From Eledone cirrhosa (taxonomy: Eukaryota), in contig OZ024743.1 of NCBI GenBank assembly GCA_964016885.1, positions 261,144,001-261,208,000 on the forward strand: a stretch of 64,000 nt of DNA. The letters are read 5' to 3'. The stretch's first letter is position 1. Every line of letters begins with the position of its first letter. The notes under the pieces were generated by a model that made no database searches, was not told the origin of the DNA, and was given only the letters and a program-made list of their open reading frames with translations. Below are positions 51,651 to 63,765 of this stretch, in pieces. The translations under genes and the position numbers were made by a program.

Positions 51651-52519
51651 AGAAGTATGGTCATCATCATCATCATCATCATTGTTTTTGTTGTCATCAT
51701 CATCATCATCAACATCATCAATCAAATTACAATGATGGAACCTACCTCCTGTTTACAAAGAAGGACACAGTGGAATAGGTAGGCTGGGATGCACTACTGT
51801 AAAAAAACAAAACAAAACAAGAAACAAAACAAAAAAACGGATGAATGTCTTTGATAATAAAGTGTGGTCCATCTGAACTAACCTGGGACTAAACAACAGT
51901 ATCAAATGATATACAGAGGTAATGGTGAAGAAAATGTCAACAAGAGTGACTCCATTAGTGAGCACCTGTTGATTACATCATCTCAAAATACATACTGATT
52001 GTACTGTGTGTGTGTGTGTGTGTGTCTGGTTGTGTAAAAAGGTGTGTGAGAGAGTGGATGTGAGTGGTTGTGTAAAAGGGTGGGTGTAAGTGCTTGTGTG
52101 AGAGTGTGTGTTTTGTGGGTGTGAGTAGTTGTGTAAAAATGTGTGTGTGTGTGTAAGTGATTGTGTAAAAGGGTGTGTGAGAGTTAAATCGATTTTGGCA
52201 AACCAGAATGGTCTAATGTTAATGGTTTCTGTATTATCAGCTAGTTTGTGATAGTAAGGAGACACACACACACTCACACAGAGGAAATACAATATTTCTT
52301 TTCCTACTATACTTTCTGTTCTCTCTCTCATCGTTTTTGTCACTGATAAAATTGTTACTGAATATATAAACTCCCGTCATTTATTCAACTAATATCAATT
52401 AAATTATATAATGTTTGCAATAAAAAAAGAAAAAGGAAAACAAATTAAATAATGAAAATATGGGGAGAGGGAGTGGCAGACTTTATACCTCTGTCTAGCT
52501 GGTATATCTCAGCTGCACC

Positions 52520-54620
52520 CTGCAGTGGTGTAGGCATTGCTACAGAGACTTACTGCATCAGCCACTCCTCCCAATTTTGAAGAGGAAAACAGCAGTTCAG
52601 GGACCAAGGACTCCAGAGGTCTTCACTGTAACTGGCACAAATAAAGAAGCAGTCATTCAAGGCCTGATATTTTGACATCTTCTCCTCTTGATACGGGCAA
52701 CAGTGCCTGGGTTTGTGGCTGAAGTAACAAAGTTGGAGGTAGAGAACATGCAGCAGCATATGGCATCCCAGATGCACCTCCTTCAAGAAGGCGGCGGGTT
52801 ATCCCATCTGAGCATTTGCCATCCCCATGGTCGAGGCCAGCAGGCACCTGTTGTGAGGGGAAACTAGTTGCGTCAAGGCTCTATCTGATGATATCATTCA
52901 AGGTGGTGTGCGGAGGGAACCCACTTGCACTGTAACAACAAAAAGCAGATGTAGTGTGAATTTGTTGGCTATGGCTCCACAATGGCATTTGTGTGGCTCA
53001 CATATGCAGAGGCCAAGGTGCTGAACCTCTCCAATGTGGGTGCACACACTATCAAGAACAGTACTGGTTGATGAGGAGGGCTCTGAATAGAGCCACACAC
53101 TGCTGTTTGGCTGCGAGGCAGAACAAAAGAAAATAAGATGGTGTTGGTCCAGTCCAAGTAAAACTAAATCCGCATGAAGGTTAATCTAGACTTGATGTTG
53201 TCCCAGTTGTGTTGGTAACCTGCATACTAGGGGACAGTGAAGCCATCATCAACTCAATCAGCCATTGCTGACTTGAGTTTCTGGTCTATGACTTGTTCTG
53301 ACATCTTGCAGAGAACTTTGTTGATGGAGGTGTGGCTGGAGATGGTGAAAGGTAAGTAGGCCAACAGTGCAATGTTTGATATTACACCTCATGGTGAGTT
53401 TTGCCTGTTGTTAGCTAGCACTGTTGAAACTAACATTACAGATGAATTCAGTGCAGCAATGGATGGTGGCACTAAGTTCTTTAAGGCAGTCTACCTTAAG
53501 ATGACAAAGCACACCACATAGTGTAAAGAGAAACTTGGGAAGGGCAAAACATTTCCACAGGAAAAAAAGCATGGATGCACCAAGAGCATGGATGCCTTGG
53601 CAAGTGAATTTGTTTGGTTTCTAGGCACTTTTGTATGGCTATCAGAAGGATTGGAGAGCTAAGAATGTTGACATTGACTCTCAGAGTTAGATGTGCCTCA
53701 GTCAGAATGGGCTGAATGCTAAGGACAATATTTCATATAAAATTTTGCCATAGCTCACATTTATCACCTCAGACTAGGATGAGTTAATCTCAAGTCCGAG
53801 AAATGATAGGGCTGTGATATTGTTCTGAAGTTTGTTGATGACACTCAACAGAGCGACACAATGTCATGTTATCCAGACATGAGACATTGGCAGGCAAGTG
53901 AACTGAGTTAGCAATATCATTGACAGTTAACACACAAATGGTTACATCTGGCAGAAGTGATAATGTTTCCAGCAGCATGAGTGTGCTGAGTGTCTCATCA
54001 CGGAGATGTGCCAGCCAGCGTATAGAAGGGACCTGTCTCTGACACATCTTTAAGATATGGTCATACCTAACATGTCCACTTTTATCAGGAGTTGAGCTGA
54101 CAATGGGACTGTGTGCTTAATGAAATATCAAGCCACATGAGAAGCAGCCTTACATTTACATTTAACCCCTACTCCAAGCTGGACAGGACACAATTATTCA
54201 CTAAGGTCCATAATAACTGAACTTCAGGCTATCTTGGTCATAAGTCACTGAAATACATTGCTCACTGCAATGGGTTGGATATCTCCATCATTCCTTTTCA
54301 ACGCAGTTAGGTTGGCTAAGAAGAAAAGATTGCGGGCATGGTGAGGAAGGTCAGCTCGGAGAAGACTGTTTGTTAGAGCAGTAATTGATTAAAGCAGACA
54401 TATTCTTGCTACAGCAGAGTATAGCAGGATTAAATCTGTAGGGTGGCCAAGTCACAGGCCATCCACTCCACCACTGCTGCTCTTGGAGAATGATCTCAGG
54501 GTAGCTATCATATCTTCATTGGAGTCAGAGAAGGCGATAATCCCTGGCAGTGGTTTGAAAGTTTCTGATATCAACCAGCAGGTCTAGGTGTTTCAGGCAG
54601 AAAGTGAACAAGAGATCTGG
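52520..54620 (-). mobile_element. Long decayed CRE-like element (RT + Zn knuckle + RLE remnants)
   Basis: Minus strand: PIAVSNVF, QLGVG, LGLCICEPHKCHCGA, DGKCSDGIT, EEKMSKYQAL, EWLMQ*VSVA. Confidence 0.65.
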
Positions 54621-54689
54621 TGCATGCCAGAGGATCGTGCCGCTCAAAACTAGCACACACACCAAAACAGAAACATCACCCTTAATTGT

Positions 54690-55300
54690 ATTTTATTAAT
54701 ACATTCAAGAAAAGAGGAAAAAAAAAAAGAGGGAGGAGAAAGAGAAATAAAAAAAGAAGAGGTGGAGAAATGGGGAGCAGGGGGTGGGATGCAAAATGGC
54801 AAAAGCATTGCCATTGAGAACAGCCAGCAATGTGCACTTCTGGGTGGTATATCTCTGACAAGTATCTCTGGTATATCACTGACAAGATGGTAAAAGCATT
54901 GCCACGGAGAACAGCCAGCAACACCCACTGCATCAACCACTCCACCTTATGGGAGCAAGCTCTACATCTTTGGCTAGGTGGTATATTTCAGCTACCCCCT
55001 CCCCCCGACAAGATGATAAAAGCATTACCACGGAGAACAGCCAGCAGTACCCACTATATCAACCACTCCACCTTATGGGAGCAAGCTCTACATTTTTTGC
55101 TGGGTGGTATATCTCAGCTGTGTCCCATGGACAACAACCAGCAATACCTGCTGTATCAGCCATTCAGCTTTGCAGAGCTCCTTCTTCAGGTTTGGTGTAC
55201 TCTTCCCAATTTTGCTGAGGAAAACGGTAATCCAGTGACCAAGCCACTAAAGGTCTTAATGGTGACTGGAAACAGGAAACAGTCAGTTAACTGTATGCTC
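54690..55300 (-). mobile_element. Tandemly reiterated CRE-like 3' tails
   Basis: EWLMQWVLLAVLRGNAFTILS-type segment repeated at ~54800, ~54895, ~55020 and partially ~55125; AATAAA and UTR toward 54690. Confidence 0.6.
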
Positions 55301-55439
55301 AATAAATATTAATTTATATCTTAATTGTTTGAATAAAATTCTCTTCTCTCACCATGATTATCGTTAATTTAAATTAAAGGATTTAACAAATTACATACCA
55401 TGGTAATCAGTTCCTGGAAAGACGGTTATTTCCTAATTC

Positions 55440-55552
55440 TACTACTACTAGTACAACTACTACAATTACTACCAAGACTACAACCACTACTACTATCACC
55501 ACAACCACCACCATTACTGCTACTATCACTATCATGACTACTATTACTATTA
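55440..55552. repeat. (ACT/ACC)n low-complexity repeat
   Basis: Seen directly. Confidence 0.75.
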
Positions 55553-55749
55553 TGTAATGATGGTTTCAAATTTAGACAGAAGGCTAGCAATTTTGGAGAG
55601 TAGCAAACAGTCGATCAAATCGACCCAAGTGTATGACTGGTAGTTTATTCTATCGACCACCTCAGTAGAAGTTGAACTATTATGCAATAGGCCCAAGCCC
55701 AGAAAATCTGTTGAGAGAGAAGGGTTAGAGAATTACATGAACTCCCCAG

Positions 55750-55870
55750 TCAAATACTGGGGGTTTATTTTATTGACCACCAGAAGGATGAGAGGTAAAC
55801 TTGACTGTGGCAGGATTTGAACACAGAATGTAAAGAGCCAGTAGAAATACTGCAATGCTCTAATGATTTG
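55750..55870 (-). mobile_element. Decayed OK-like SINE (another tail at ~55560-55660)
   Basis: TTTATTGACC..CAGAAGGATGAGAGGTAAACTTGAC...GGATTTGAAC. Confidence 0.55.
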
Positions 55871-56026
55871 AAGTATGATGATAGTAATTGTTGTTTAGCT
55901 TTGTCAGGGTTAGCACTGATCCCAAAGTCCTATGATTAATACCATTCCGACCATGAACATCCCAACATTTAGACAGTTTATCCAAGACTACATTTTACTG
56001 TGTATCTAATATGCACTTAGTTTTAA

Positions 56027-56226
56027 ACTCTTTTCAAATATTCAAAATCTTTGGATTTTTTTAAATGACTTTGTCATTTTTAAGCTAGTGTTTAGAACAT
56101 GACTTAACAAATGTTAATATATAAAAGTATGATGGAAGCTTTTTAATTTAAGTATGAAAAAAAATTGTTAATGGTAGTTTTGTATAATAAAATCAGAACA
56201 GTTTCAGGTGTTTGGTATCAAAAGGG
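56027..56226. mobile_element. Possible second piggyBac-type MITE sharing a TTAA with the next element
   Basis: Ends GGTATCAAAAGGG|TTAA; degenerate left end TTAA|ACTCTTTT. Confidence 0.45.
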
Positions 56227-56230
56227 TTAA

Positions 56231-56450
56231 CCCTTTAATGTTCAAACCGGCCAAAACCAGCCAGAATTCTCTACCTCTTTCTGTTGAAACTGGCTGTAAC
56301 TGCTCACTCAAATTGATGTTAAGGTATTGTTCTCAAAATAAATACTTTCAAAATCTCATAGATTCGATATTATGTGAGATAATTATGCGAGGTAAAGCCT
56401 TTACCATGAAAATATAATAGTATATATAGAGTAATGTGAATGCTAAAGGG
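56231..56450. mobile_element. piggyBac-type MITE
   Basis: TTAA|CCCTTTA...TGCTAAAGGG|TTAA: TIRs plus TTAA TSD. Confidence 0.85.
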
Positions 56451-56894
56451 TTAAATATGATAGGATGGGATTTGCAGAAGATTTGGTTGCTATTTCTAGC
56501 AGTTTGAGCTGTAGTGTAAGACTCCACTCTGTCACAAACATTTGAGCTAGGTTTCTAGTTTGAAGGTAACACACTTTCTTCCTCCCACCTCAGAGAACCT
56601 GATGAAAATTCAAGTGCCATCAGCATTGCCTTTCTCTCCCTGACTCAGTGGCAAAACCACTGTGGTCCTGTATTTTTTCAGTGATTAATAATCTTTATTT
56701 TTATGTGGGCTTAAAGCCAATTTTCGTTCAAGACAGATATATCATTAATTAACTTGCCCCTGTGTTGCTGTTACTTTATTGAACATTAAGAGATGGCTGC
56801 TATTTCTAGCAGGTGAAGTGACTATGTAAAGACTCCCTTGTTAGCTACATAGCAGTAGATATTTTATAGTAGATGTTAATGTAGTATATGTTAA

Positions 56895-57594
56895 TCTATA
56901 TATAATATAAAAGAAAGATGTTTATTGGTTGGTTGGTTGAATCATGCACACACACACACACACACACACACATCTAAAGAGAGACACAGAAGGAGGGGCA
57001 GAAAGAGAGAGATATGCCTTTACACAGAGAAAGATACAATTAAAGTGTTAGATATTCAAAGAGAGAGAGAGTGACGTCCCACAAAAGTCTAGAAATGGCT
57101 TAAACTATAGATCTTTTGATCTATAGGAAGGTTTAATAATATTGCGTTAGCTTTTGTAAATTCATTTTACAGTCTTTGATTTTACAGAACAAAGAAAAAT
57201 TGATTCTATTTGAAATTTATCTACTCTCCAGCTTTTATCCATATATACTACTTACAGACCGTACTAACAAAGTTAAACACTTCAGAAGCAATGTTATGTA
57301 GTATATTGCTGTGTTTCAGATGATGTCCTTTGGAACTGAAAAAGATCATACTGACTATGGTTATTTCACAACATTTAAAATCGAAGGCCAATGCTACCAT
57401 TTAATCGGCAGTTTACTTCCCCAGCCTAATAAGGAAATTTTACGATTGTTTTTTTTATGTCTCTCTCACATACACACACACATTTCAGTCTCACCTCATA
57501 CTGTAAACCAGACAACACATCCAATACAGTCATTTTCTTTTTTATCCATCTTCTCTTAACTGTTCTCCTGGGCAAAGCCAGGTACCTCAGCTAG
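56895..57594 (+). mobile_element. Non-autonomous Helitron carrying a Rep fragment
   Basis: Starts TC, ends CTAG; subterminal hairpin CCTGGGCAAAGCCAGG; inserted A^T within the minisatellite unit GTTAA^TGTAGT with no TSD; FQMMSFG...FKIEGQCYHLIGSLLP is a Helitron Rep N-terminal motif. Confidence 0.9.
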
Positions 57595-58275
57595 TGTAGT
57601 ATATGTTAATGTAGTATATGTTAATGTAGTATATGTTAATGTAGTACATGTTAATGTGGTAGATGTTAATGCAGTAGATATTAATGTGGTATATGTTAAT
57701 GTGGTACATGTTAATGTAGTACATGTTAATGCAGTAGATATTAATGTGGTAAATGTTAATGTGGTATATGTTAATAATGTAGTAGATCTTAACACAGTAT
57801 ATATTAATGTGGTAGATGTTAATATAGTAGATGTTAATGTGGTATATGTTAATGTGGTAGGTGTTAATGTAGTAGATGTCAATGTGGTAGGTGTTAATGT
57901 AGTAGATGTTAATGTGGTATATGTTAATGTGGTGTATGTTAATGTGATAGGTGTTAATGTAGTAGATGTTAATGTGGTAGATGTTAATGTGGTGTATGTT
58001 AATGTGATAGGTGTTAATGTAGTAGATGTTAATGTGGTGTATGTTAATGTGATAGGTGTTAATGTAGTAGATGTTAATGTAGTGTATGTTAATGTGGTAG
58101 GTGTTAATGTGGTAGGTGTTAATGTAGTAGATGTTAATGTAGTGTATGTTAATGTAGTAGATGTTAATGTGGTAGATACTAATGTAATAGATGTCAATTT
58201 GATAGATATTTGTAATAGGTGAATTAGTGTAGTAGATATTGATGGTAGATATTAATGTGGTAAATATTGATGTGG
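57595..58275. repeat. 15-bp minisatellite GTTAATGTRGTAKAT (begins ~56860, before the Helitron)
   Basis: Seen directly. Confidence 0.95.
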
Positions 58276-58299
58276 TTTTATTAGTAACAGATAAATTCA

Positions 58300-58764
58300 G
58301 TAATCAGAAGAAGGGAGGTAGGTGTAAAAGCCAAACTCGCTGTCTTTAATTCAGTTGTCGTGCCAACCGTGACCTATGGTAATGACCAAAAGAATACAAG
58401 TGGCCAAAATGGGGTTCCTCTGAAGGGTCTTTGGAGTAACATTACTCAATAGAGTGTGTGGCTCTGAGATCAGAGAATCACTCCAGGTAGAGCTGCTACT
58501 TCTCTGGATTCAGAGATCACAGCTCCGATACTATGGGCATGTTATTAGAATGTCTCAGGAAAGAATTACTGGACAGATTTTATGGGCAAAACTAACTGGC
58601 AAGAGACCCAGGGGTAGACTCTGAGCATGATGGTTGGGTAACATCCATGAGCTTGGCTGGTCATGCTTGGAGATGGTTGCTTCTGATAGGACCCGCTGGA
58701 AGGAGTGTTTGAGGACTCTGCCCCCACGAACCTCTCAGGAATAAGTGAGCAAAGAAGAAGAAGA
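58300..58764 (+). mobile_element. 3' fragment of an Expander-like RTE LINE
   Basis: Similar to the reverse complement of 38575-39010 (TTACTCAATAGAGT, TCACAGCTCCGATACTAT, AACTGGCA.AGACCCAGG); (GAA)n tail. Confidence 0.75.
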
Positions 58765-59071
58765 TATATTAGTGCATAAGATGTTGATGTGGGAGTTGAT
58801 GTAGAATATATTAATGTAGTATATATTAACATAGTATCAAATATCTTACAATGAACCAGAAATGTCTCTAATATAATCACAAAACTCAGATACTTGTTGA
58901 CATTTTATGTTTTCTTACAAAGAAGTGGCATTATAGACAGGCTGCTTTCACCTTTTAGAAAATATTATTCTGGTTAAAATCTCTCAACTGTGAAATTAGA
59001 TGAATCAAATGAGTATCAAAAAAAGTTTTCTCTGGAAAAGTAAGCACTTTTTAAGCCTTCTGTGACTGTCT

Positions 59072-61160
59072 CATCATCATCATCGTTTTACGTCCGTTCT
59101 TCCACGCTAGCATGGGTTAGACGGGTTGTCCTGTTGTGGGCAGTGTCTGGTCGTCTGACCTTGTCTTGCTCATACAGGAACTGATTTGGCTTGATTTCTA
59201 CAGCTGGATGCCCTTCCTAACACCAACCTCATTTACAGTGAGTGCTGGGTGCTTTTTTGTGGCGCCTACACGTCCACTTTACAGTGTGGGCTGGGTGCTT
59301 TTTTGCCGTGGCACCTCCACGACCACCTTGCGGAGGGGGGTGTGGGGGCATATTGTCTATATGCTTCAGCTTGTACCCATGGGAGGTCGGGTACTCTGTA
59401 CTACGCATCACATGTCCATACCAGCGCAACCGTCTCTCCTGCACACAGCATTTGATTCCTCTTATGCTAAGTCTCTCTCTCAATTCATTTATGCTTTGTC
59501 ATTCATGTATACTACTGTTACACATCCATCGGAGCATGCAGGCTTCGTTTCTCTCTAATCTACGTAAGTCTTCCACCTTCAGCGCCCAGGTCTCACTACC
59601 ATGCAACATTGCTGTTCGGATACACGCATCATACAGTCTGCCTTTCATTCTGAGGGAGAAGCCTTTTACAGCTAGCAGTGGTAGTAGTTCCCTAAACTCC
59701 TTCCATCCCGTTCTTACCCTAGTTATTGTACTTTCTGAACACCCACCTCCGCTGCTAATTCGGTCACCTAGGTAGCAGAAGCTGTCTACTGTTTCTACAG
59801 AGCCCTCCCAGAGATCGGTGGTACTTGTTTCCTGTGGCTGTTTGCTGCTTGCTGTCTCAGCACAGCTGCTGCATGTGAAGCCTACATTCTTAATTAAGCT
59901 TCCTGAGATCCCGCTACATCTCTTGTGTACCCATTGTTTGCATTTGGGGCAAAGAATGGAGTTCCTACCTACACCTTTCCTACATACTGAGCAAGGCCAT
60001 TTCCCTGAGGGGATCTGGGTTCTGTTTTCTCGTCTACTTACAAGGACCTTAGTCTTTGTCATGTTGACTTTGAGACCCTTTCTTTCTAGTCCCTGCTTCC
60101 AAGTTTGAAATTTATTCTCTAGTTCTACCATAGATTCAGCTATGAGTGCGAGGTCATCAGCATACAGGAGTTCCCATGGGCATCCGGTCTTAAACTCTTC
60201 CGTTATTGCCTGCAGGACTATGATGAACAGGAGGGGGCTAAGAACAGAGCCCTGGTGGACCCCAACCTGTACGCTAAATTCCTCGCTATACTCATTGCTA
60301 ATCCTAACTTTGCTGACTGCTCCCCTATACATGGCTTGTACCGCTTTCACAAGCCATTCATCTACTCCTAGTTTTCTAAGAGCCCACCAGATTACAGCAC
60401 GTGGAACTCTGTCAAAGGCTTTCTCAAGGTCGACAAATGCCAAGTAGAGTGGCTTACTTTTAGCTAGGTACTTTTCCTGTAATTGCCTCATAAGGAAGAG
60501 GGCATCAGTGGTGCCTCTTCCTGGTACAAACCCAAATTGCATCTCATCTATTTCCACCCGGTCCCTAATCAACTGTGCTATAACTCTTTCTGTTACTTTC
60601 ATGACCTGGTCCATCAACTTTATACCTCTATAGTTCCCTCTATCTAGTGCATCGCCTTTACCTTTGTAGCAGTTGACAATGATGCTACTGCACCAATCTT
60701 TTGGTATGACACCTTCTAGTATTACCTGGTTAACAATACGTGTGGTTATAGTGTGACCTACAGACCCAGATGCCTTCAGCATCTCGGCAGCTATACCCGA
60801 TGGACCGGTTGCCTTCCCCATCTTCATATCTTTGATTGCCTTACTTACTATGTTGCTGCTGACTTGTACTGCTGGCCCCTCTATAGGGTCTACTTGGGGT
60901 AGGGTCTCTTCTTCCCATGCATTCTCCTCATTTAGTAATCTATCATAATGACTCTTCCATGCATCTTTCTTCTCAGCACTTGTGAGGGCAAGCTCACCTT
61001 TATCATTCCGGATACACTTCTCTCCAATGACATCACAACTATCTCTGACACACTGCCTCGCAATCTTGAATACCTCCTGTTTCTGGTCCTCACATTGCAA
61101 AACATGCTTGAATTTTCTATCCTCTGCTTCCCTCCTAGCTAAGTATACTTGTCTATCTAA
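59072..61160 (-). mobile_element. 5'-truncated RTE LINE with (GAT)n tail
   Basis: Open RT frame, 3' UTR family motif and (CAT)n at 59072. Confidence 0.92.
59499..61100 (-). CDS. RTE reverse transcriptase (uninterrupted 533 codons, N-terminally truncated) with PHD-like insert
   Basis: GNYRGIKL, QFGFVPGRGTTDA, FVDLEKAFDRV, GVHQGSVLSPLLF, LLYADDL, CSVC...CPKCKQWVHKRC...CSSC, FCYLG. Confidence 0.88.
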   Translation of the reverse strand: MQCEDQKQEVFKIARQCVRDSCDVIGEKCIRNDKGELALTSAEKKDAWKSHYDRLLNEENAWEEETLPQVDPIEGPAVQVSSNIVSKAIKDMKMGKATGPSGIAAEMLKASGSVGHTITTRIVNQVILEGVIPKDWCSSIIVNCYKGKGDALDRGNYRGIKLMDQVMKVTERVIAQLIRDRVEIDEMQFGFVPGRGTTDALFLMRQLQEKYLAKSKPLYLAFVDLEKAFDRVPRAVIWWALRKLGVDEWLVKAVQAMYRGAVSKVRISNEYSEEFSVQVGVHQGSVLSPLLFIIVLQAITEEFKTGCPWELLYADDLALIAESMVELENKFQTWKQGLERKGLKVNMTKTKVLVSRRENRTQIPSGKWPCSVCRKGVGRNSILCPKCKQWVHKRCSGISGSLIKNVGFTCSSCAETASSKQPQETSTTDLWEGSVETVDSFCYLGDRISSGGGCSESTITRVRTGWKEFRELLPLLAVKGFSLRMKGRLYDACIRTAMLHGSETWALKVEDLRRLERNEACMLRWMCNSSIHE

Positions 61161-61514
61161 TGAAATACACTAACTGCATGATCATCATCACCATCATTAT
61201 CGTTGTTGTCATCATCATCATCATCACCACCACCACCACCACCATTCTCATCGTCACCATCAAGCAGAGCTACAGACCACTCAGATGAGCCAGGGGCCCT
61301 GTGCCCCTGCATCTCTCTTACATACACTCCCACGCAAAAATTTTAATGAGTTTAATAAAATAACTTTCATTTAGTAAAATAACATACATTAACAATAGAT
61401 TTTTTTTCATTTTAATATGATGGAAAGTTTTTATTTATATATGAACACTTTAAGATAGTGCTGTAGAATCAGAAGCAGCCTTATGTGTGTTGCTATCAAC
61501 ACTAATAAGTTTAA

Positions 61515-62416
61515 CCCTTTAGCATTTACATTACTCTATATTTACTACTAGCCGAGGTACCCGACTTCGCCTGGGAGAACAGTTAAGAGAAGACAGATAA
61601 AAGAGAAAACGACTGTATTGGATGTATTGTCTGGTATGAGGTGAGACTGTAATGTGTTTGTGTGTGAGACATAAAAAAATAATAATAAAATTTCCTTATT
61701 AGGCTGAGGAAGTAAACTGCCGATTAAATGGTAACATTGACCTTGGGTTTTAAATGTTGTGAAATAACCATAGTCAGTATGATCTTTTTCAGCTCCAAAG
61801 GACGTCATCTGAAACACAGCAATATACCGCATAACATTTCTTCTGATGTGTTTAATTTCATTAGTACTGTCTGTAAGTAATATATGGATAAAAGCTGGAG
61901 GGTAGATTAAATTCAAATAGTATCAATTTTTCTTTGTTCTGTAAAATCAAAGACTGTAAAACGACTTTACAAAAGCTAACGCAATATTGTTAAAGCCTCC
62001 TATAGATCAAAGGGTCTATAGTTTAAGCCATTTCTAGACTTTTGTGGGACATCACTCTCTCTTAGAATATTTAACACTTTAATTGTATCTCTCTCTGTAT
62101 AATGGCATATCTCTCTCTTTCTGCCTCTCCCTCTGTGTCTCTCTCTCTTTAGATGTGTGTGTGTAGTTTTTGTGTGATTTAACCAACCAACCAACCAACC
62201 AACCAACCAACCAATAAACACCTCTCTTTCATATTATATATAGATTGTATTTTCGCGGTAAAGGCTTTATCTCGCATATCAAATCTATAAGTTTTTCATA
62301 TTATTTATTTTGAGAACAATACCTTAATATCTGTATGAGTGACCAGTTACGGCCGGTTTGAACAGAAAGAGGTGAGAGAATTCTAGCCAGATATGGCTGG
62401 TTTAAATGCTAAAGGG
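61515..62416. mobile_element. piggyBac-type MITE split by a Helitron
   Basis: TTAA|CCCTTTAGCATTTA...TAAATGCTAAAGGG|TTAA. Confidence 0.88.
61548..62244 (-). mobile_element. Non-autonomous Helitron, second copy
   Basis: Reverse complement of 56895-57594. Removing it restores TTTACTA^TTGTATTT, as in the uninterrupted MITE at 51351. Confidence 0.9.
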
Positions 62417-62635
62417 TTAAGGAAAGCATTTGACCATTCATGCTGGACAACACAAGCACACCTCAAAATGGCTGACTGATCACACGTACTTTTTCTCCCC
62501 CCAAATATTTTCATTTTTCTTCCTTTTCTCACTCTCCTTTATCTTTCTATTTGTTCTTCCGATGAAGGAATAATGTCAACAGTGTTAAGACTCTTTTCCT
62601 AATATATCAAGCGTTAAACTAATATATCTCTATAT

Positions 62636-62754
62636 ATATAAAGTACAGAACAATCAAATCTATGTTTAATAAACATAGATTTGATTGTTCTCATCATCAT
62701 CATCATCTTCGTTTAACGTCCATCTTCCACGCTATCATGTTCTGTACTTTATAT
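62636..62754. repeat. Perfect palindrome interrupted by a ~46-bp RTE tail
   Basis: 22-bp arms 62647-62691 with a 1-nt centre; outer arms ATATAAAGTAC/GTACTTTATAT; TGTTCT duplicated at 62686 and 62738. Confidence 0.85.
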
Positions 62755-62914
62755 TCCTGCTCTGTAATACATCTAATGTATTTACAGTGAGCTATTTTTC
62801 ATACTGGTAATAAGGTGGTAAAAAATAAAAAATACTGACCTTTCCTATTTATAATTATATATAGTTTATATATAAGTTTAAATAATATTATTATTATTAT
62901 CTATCTATATATAT

Positions 62915-63765
62915 AAAGGTTTCTCTCTAAAAATGAAAGGCAGACTGTATGATCCCTGCATACGAACAGCAATGAGACATGCGCATTGTGTGCAGAGGAT
63001 CTGCGCAGACTGGAGAAGAACGAAGCTTGCATGCTCCGTTGGATGTGTAATAGTAATATACGTGAATGGGAAAGCATAAATGAACTAAGTGAGAAATTAG
63101 GAATAAGAGGGATCAGATGCTGTTTACTTGAGAGAAGACTACTTTGGTATGGTCACGTGATGCGCATGAAAGACGACAGCTGTATAAAAAAGTGCAGGGC
63201 GATCAAAATTGATGGAAGCTACGGAGTAGGCAGACCCAGAAAAACCTGGGACAATTTGATAAATTCCGACCTTACACACTTACACCTCTCCAAGACAATG
63301 TCACTGGACCGAGATCTTTGGCGTTACGCAGTAATACAGAAGACCCGCCTTGCCTAAGTACAAAGCAAAACCTACAGTCAGTAGTAACCTCTTAACCTAA
63401 AATACACCCCAAACCCACACTACCCCTACCCGACCCCCATCTACACTACCCCTTTCTCTGTAAAGTTATGTTGGTACCACAACATCCAGTCCTAAATAAA
63501 TGAGGTAGTGTAGGTGTCACGACAAAAAAACACACAGTCCACGCTGTAATGTGGCCGCGTAGGTAACACGATAAAAACCTCCTAGTCCACACTGTAAACG
63601 TGGTTGGTGTTAGGAAGGGCATCCAGCCATAGAAAACCTGCCAGACAGTCCTATATGAGCGAGACATGGTCACCCGACCAATCTTGCCTCAAGTAGAACA
63701 ATTCCTATCTAAACCCATGCTAGCATGGAAGATAGACGTTAAACGATAATGATGATGATGATGAT
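62915..63765 (+). mobile_element. 3' fragment of an RTE LINE (same family as 59072-61160)
   Basis: KGFSLKMKGRLYD...EDLRRLEKNEACMLRWMC...GRPRKTW; 3' UTR; (GAT)n tail; flanked by TA runs. Confidence 0.88.

Noticed and set aside
62545-62600. CCGATGAAGG...TGTTAAGACTC as a decayed PLE hammerhead
   Set aside because: Core and GAAA are both degenerate; not supportable.
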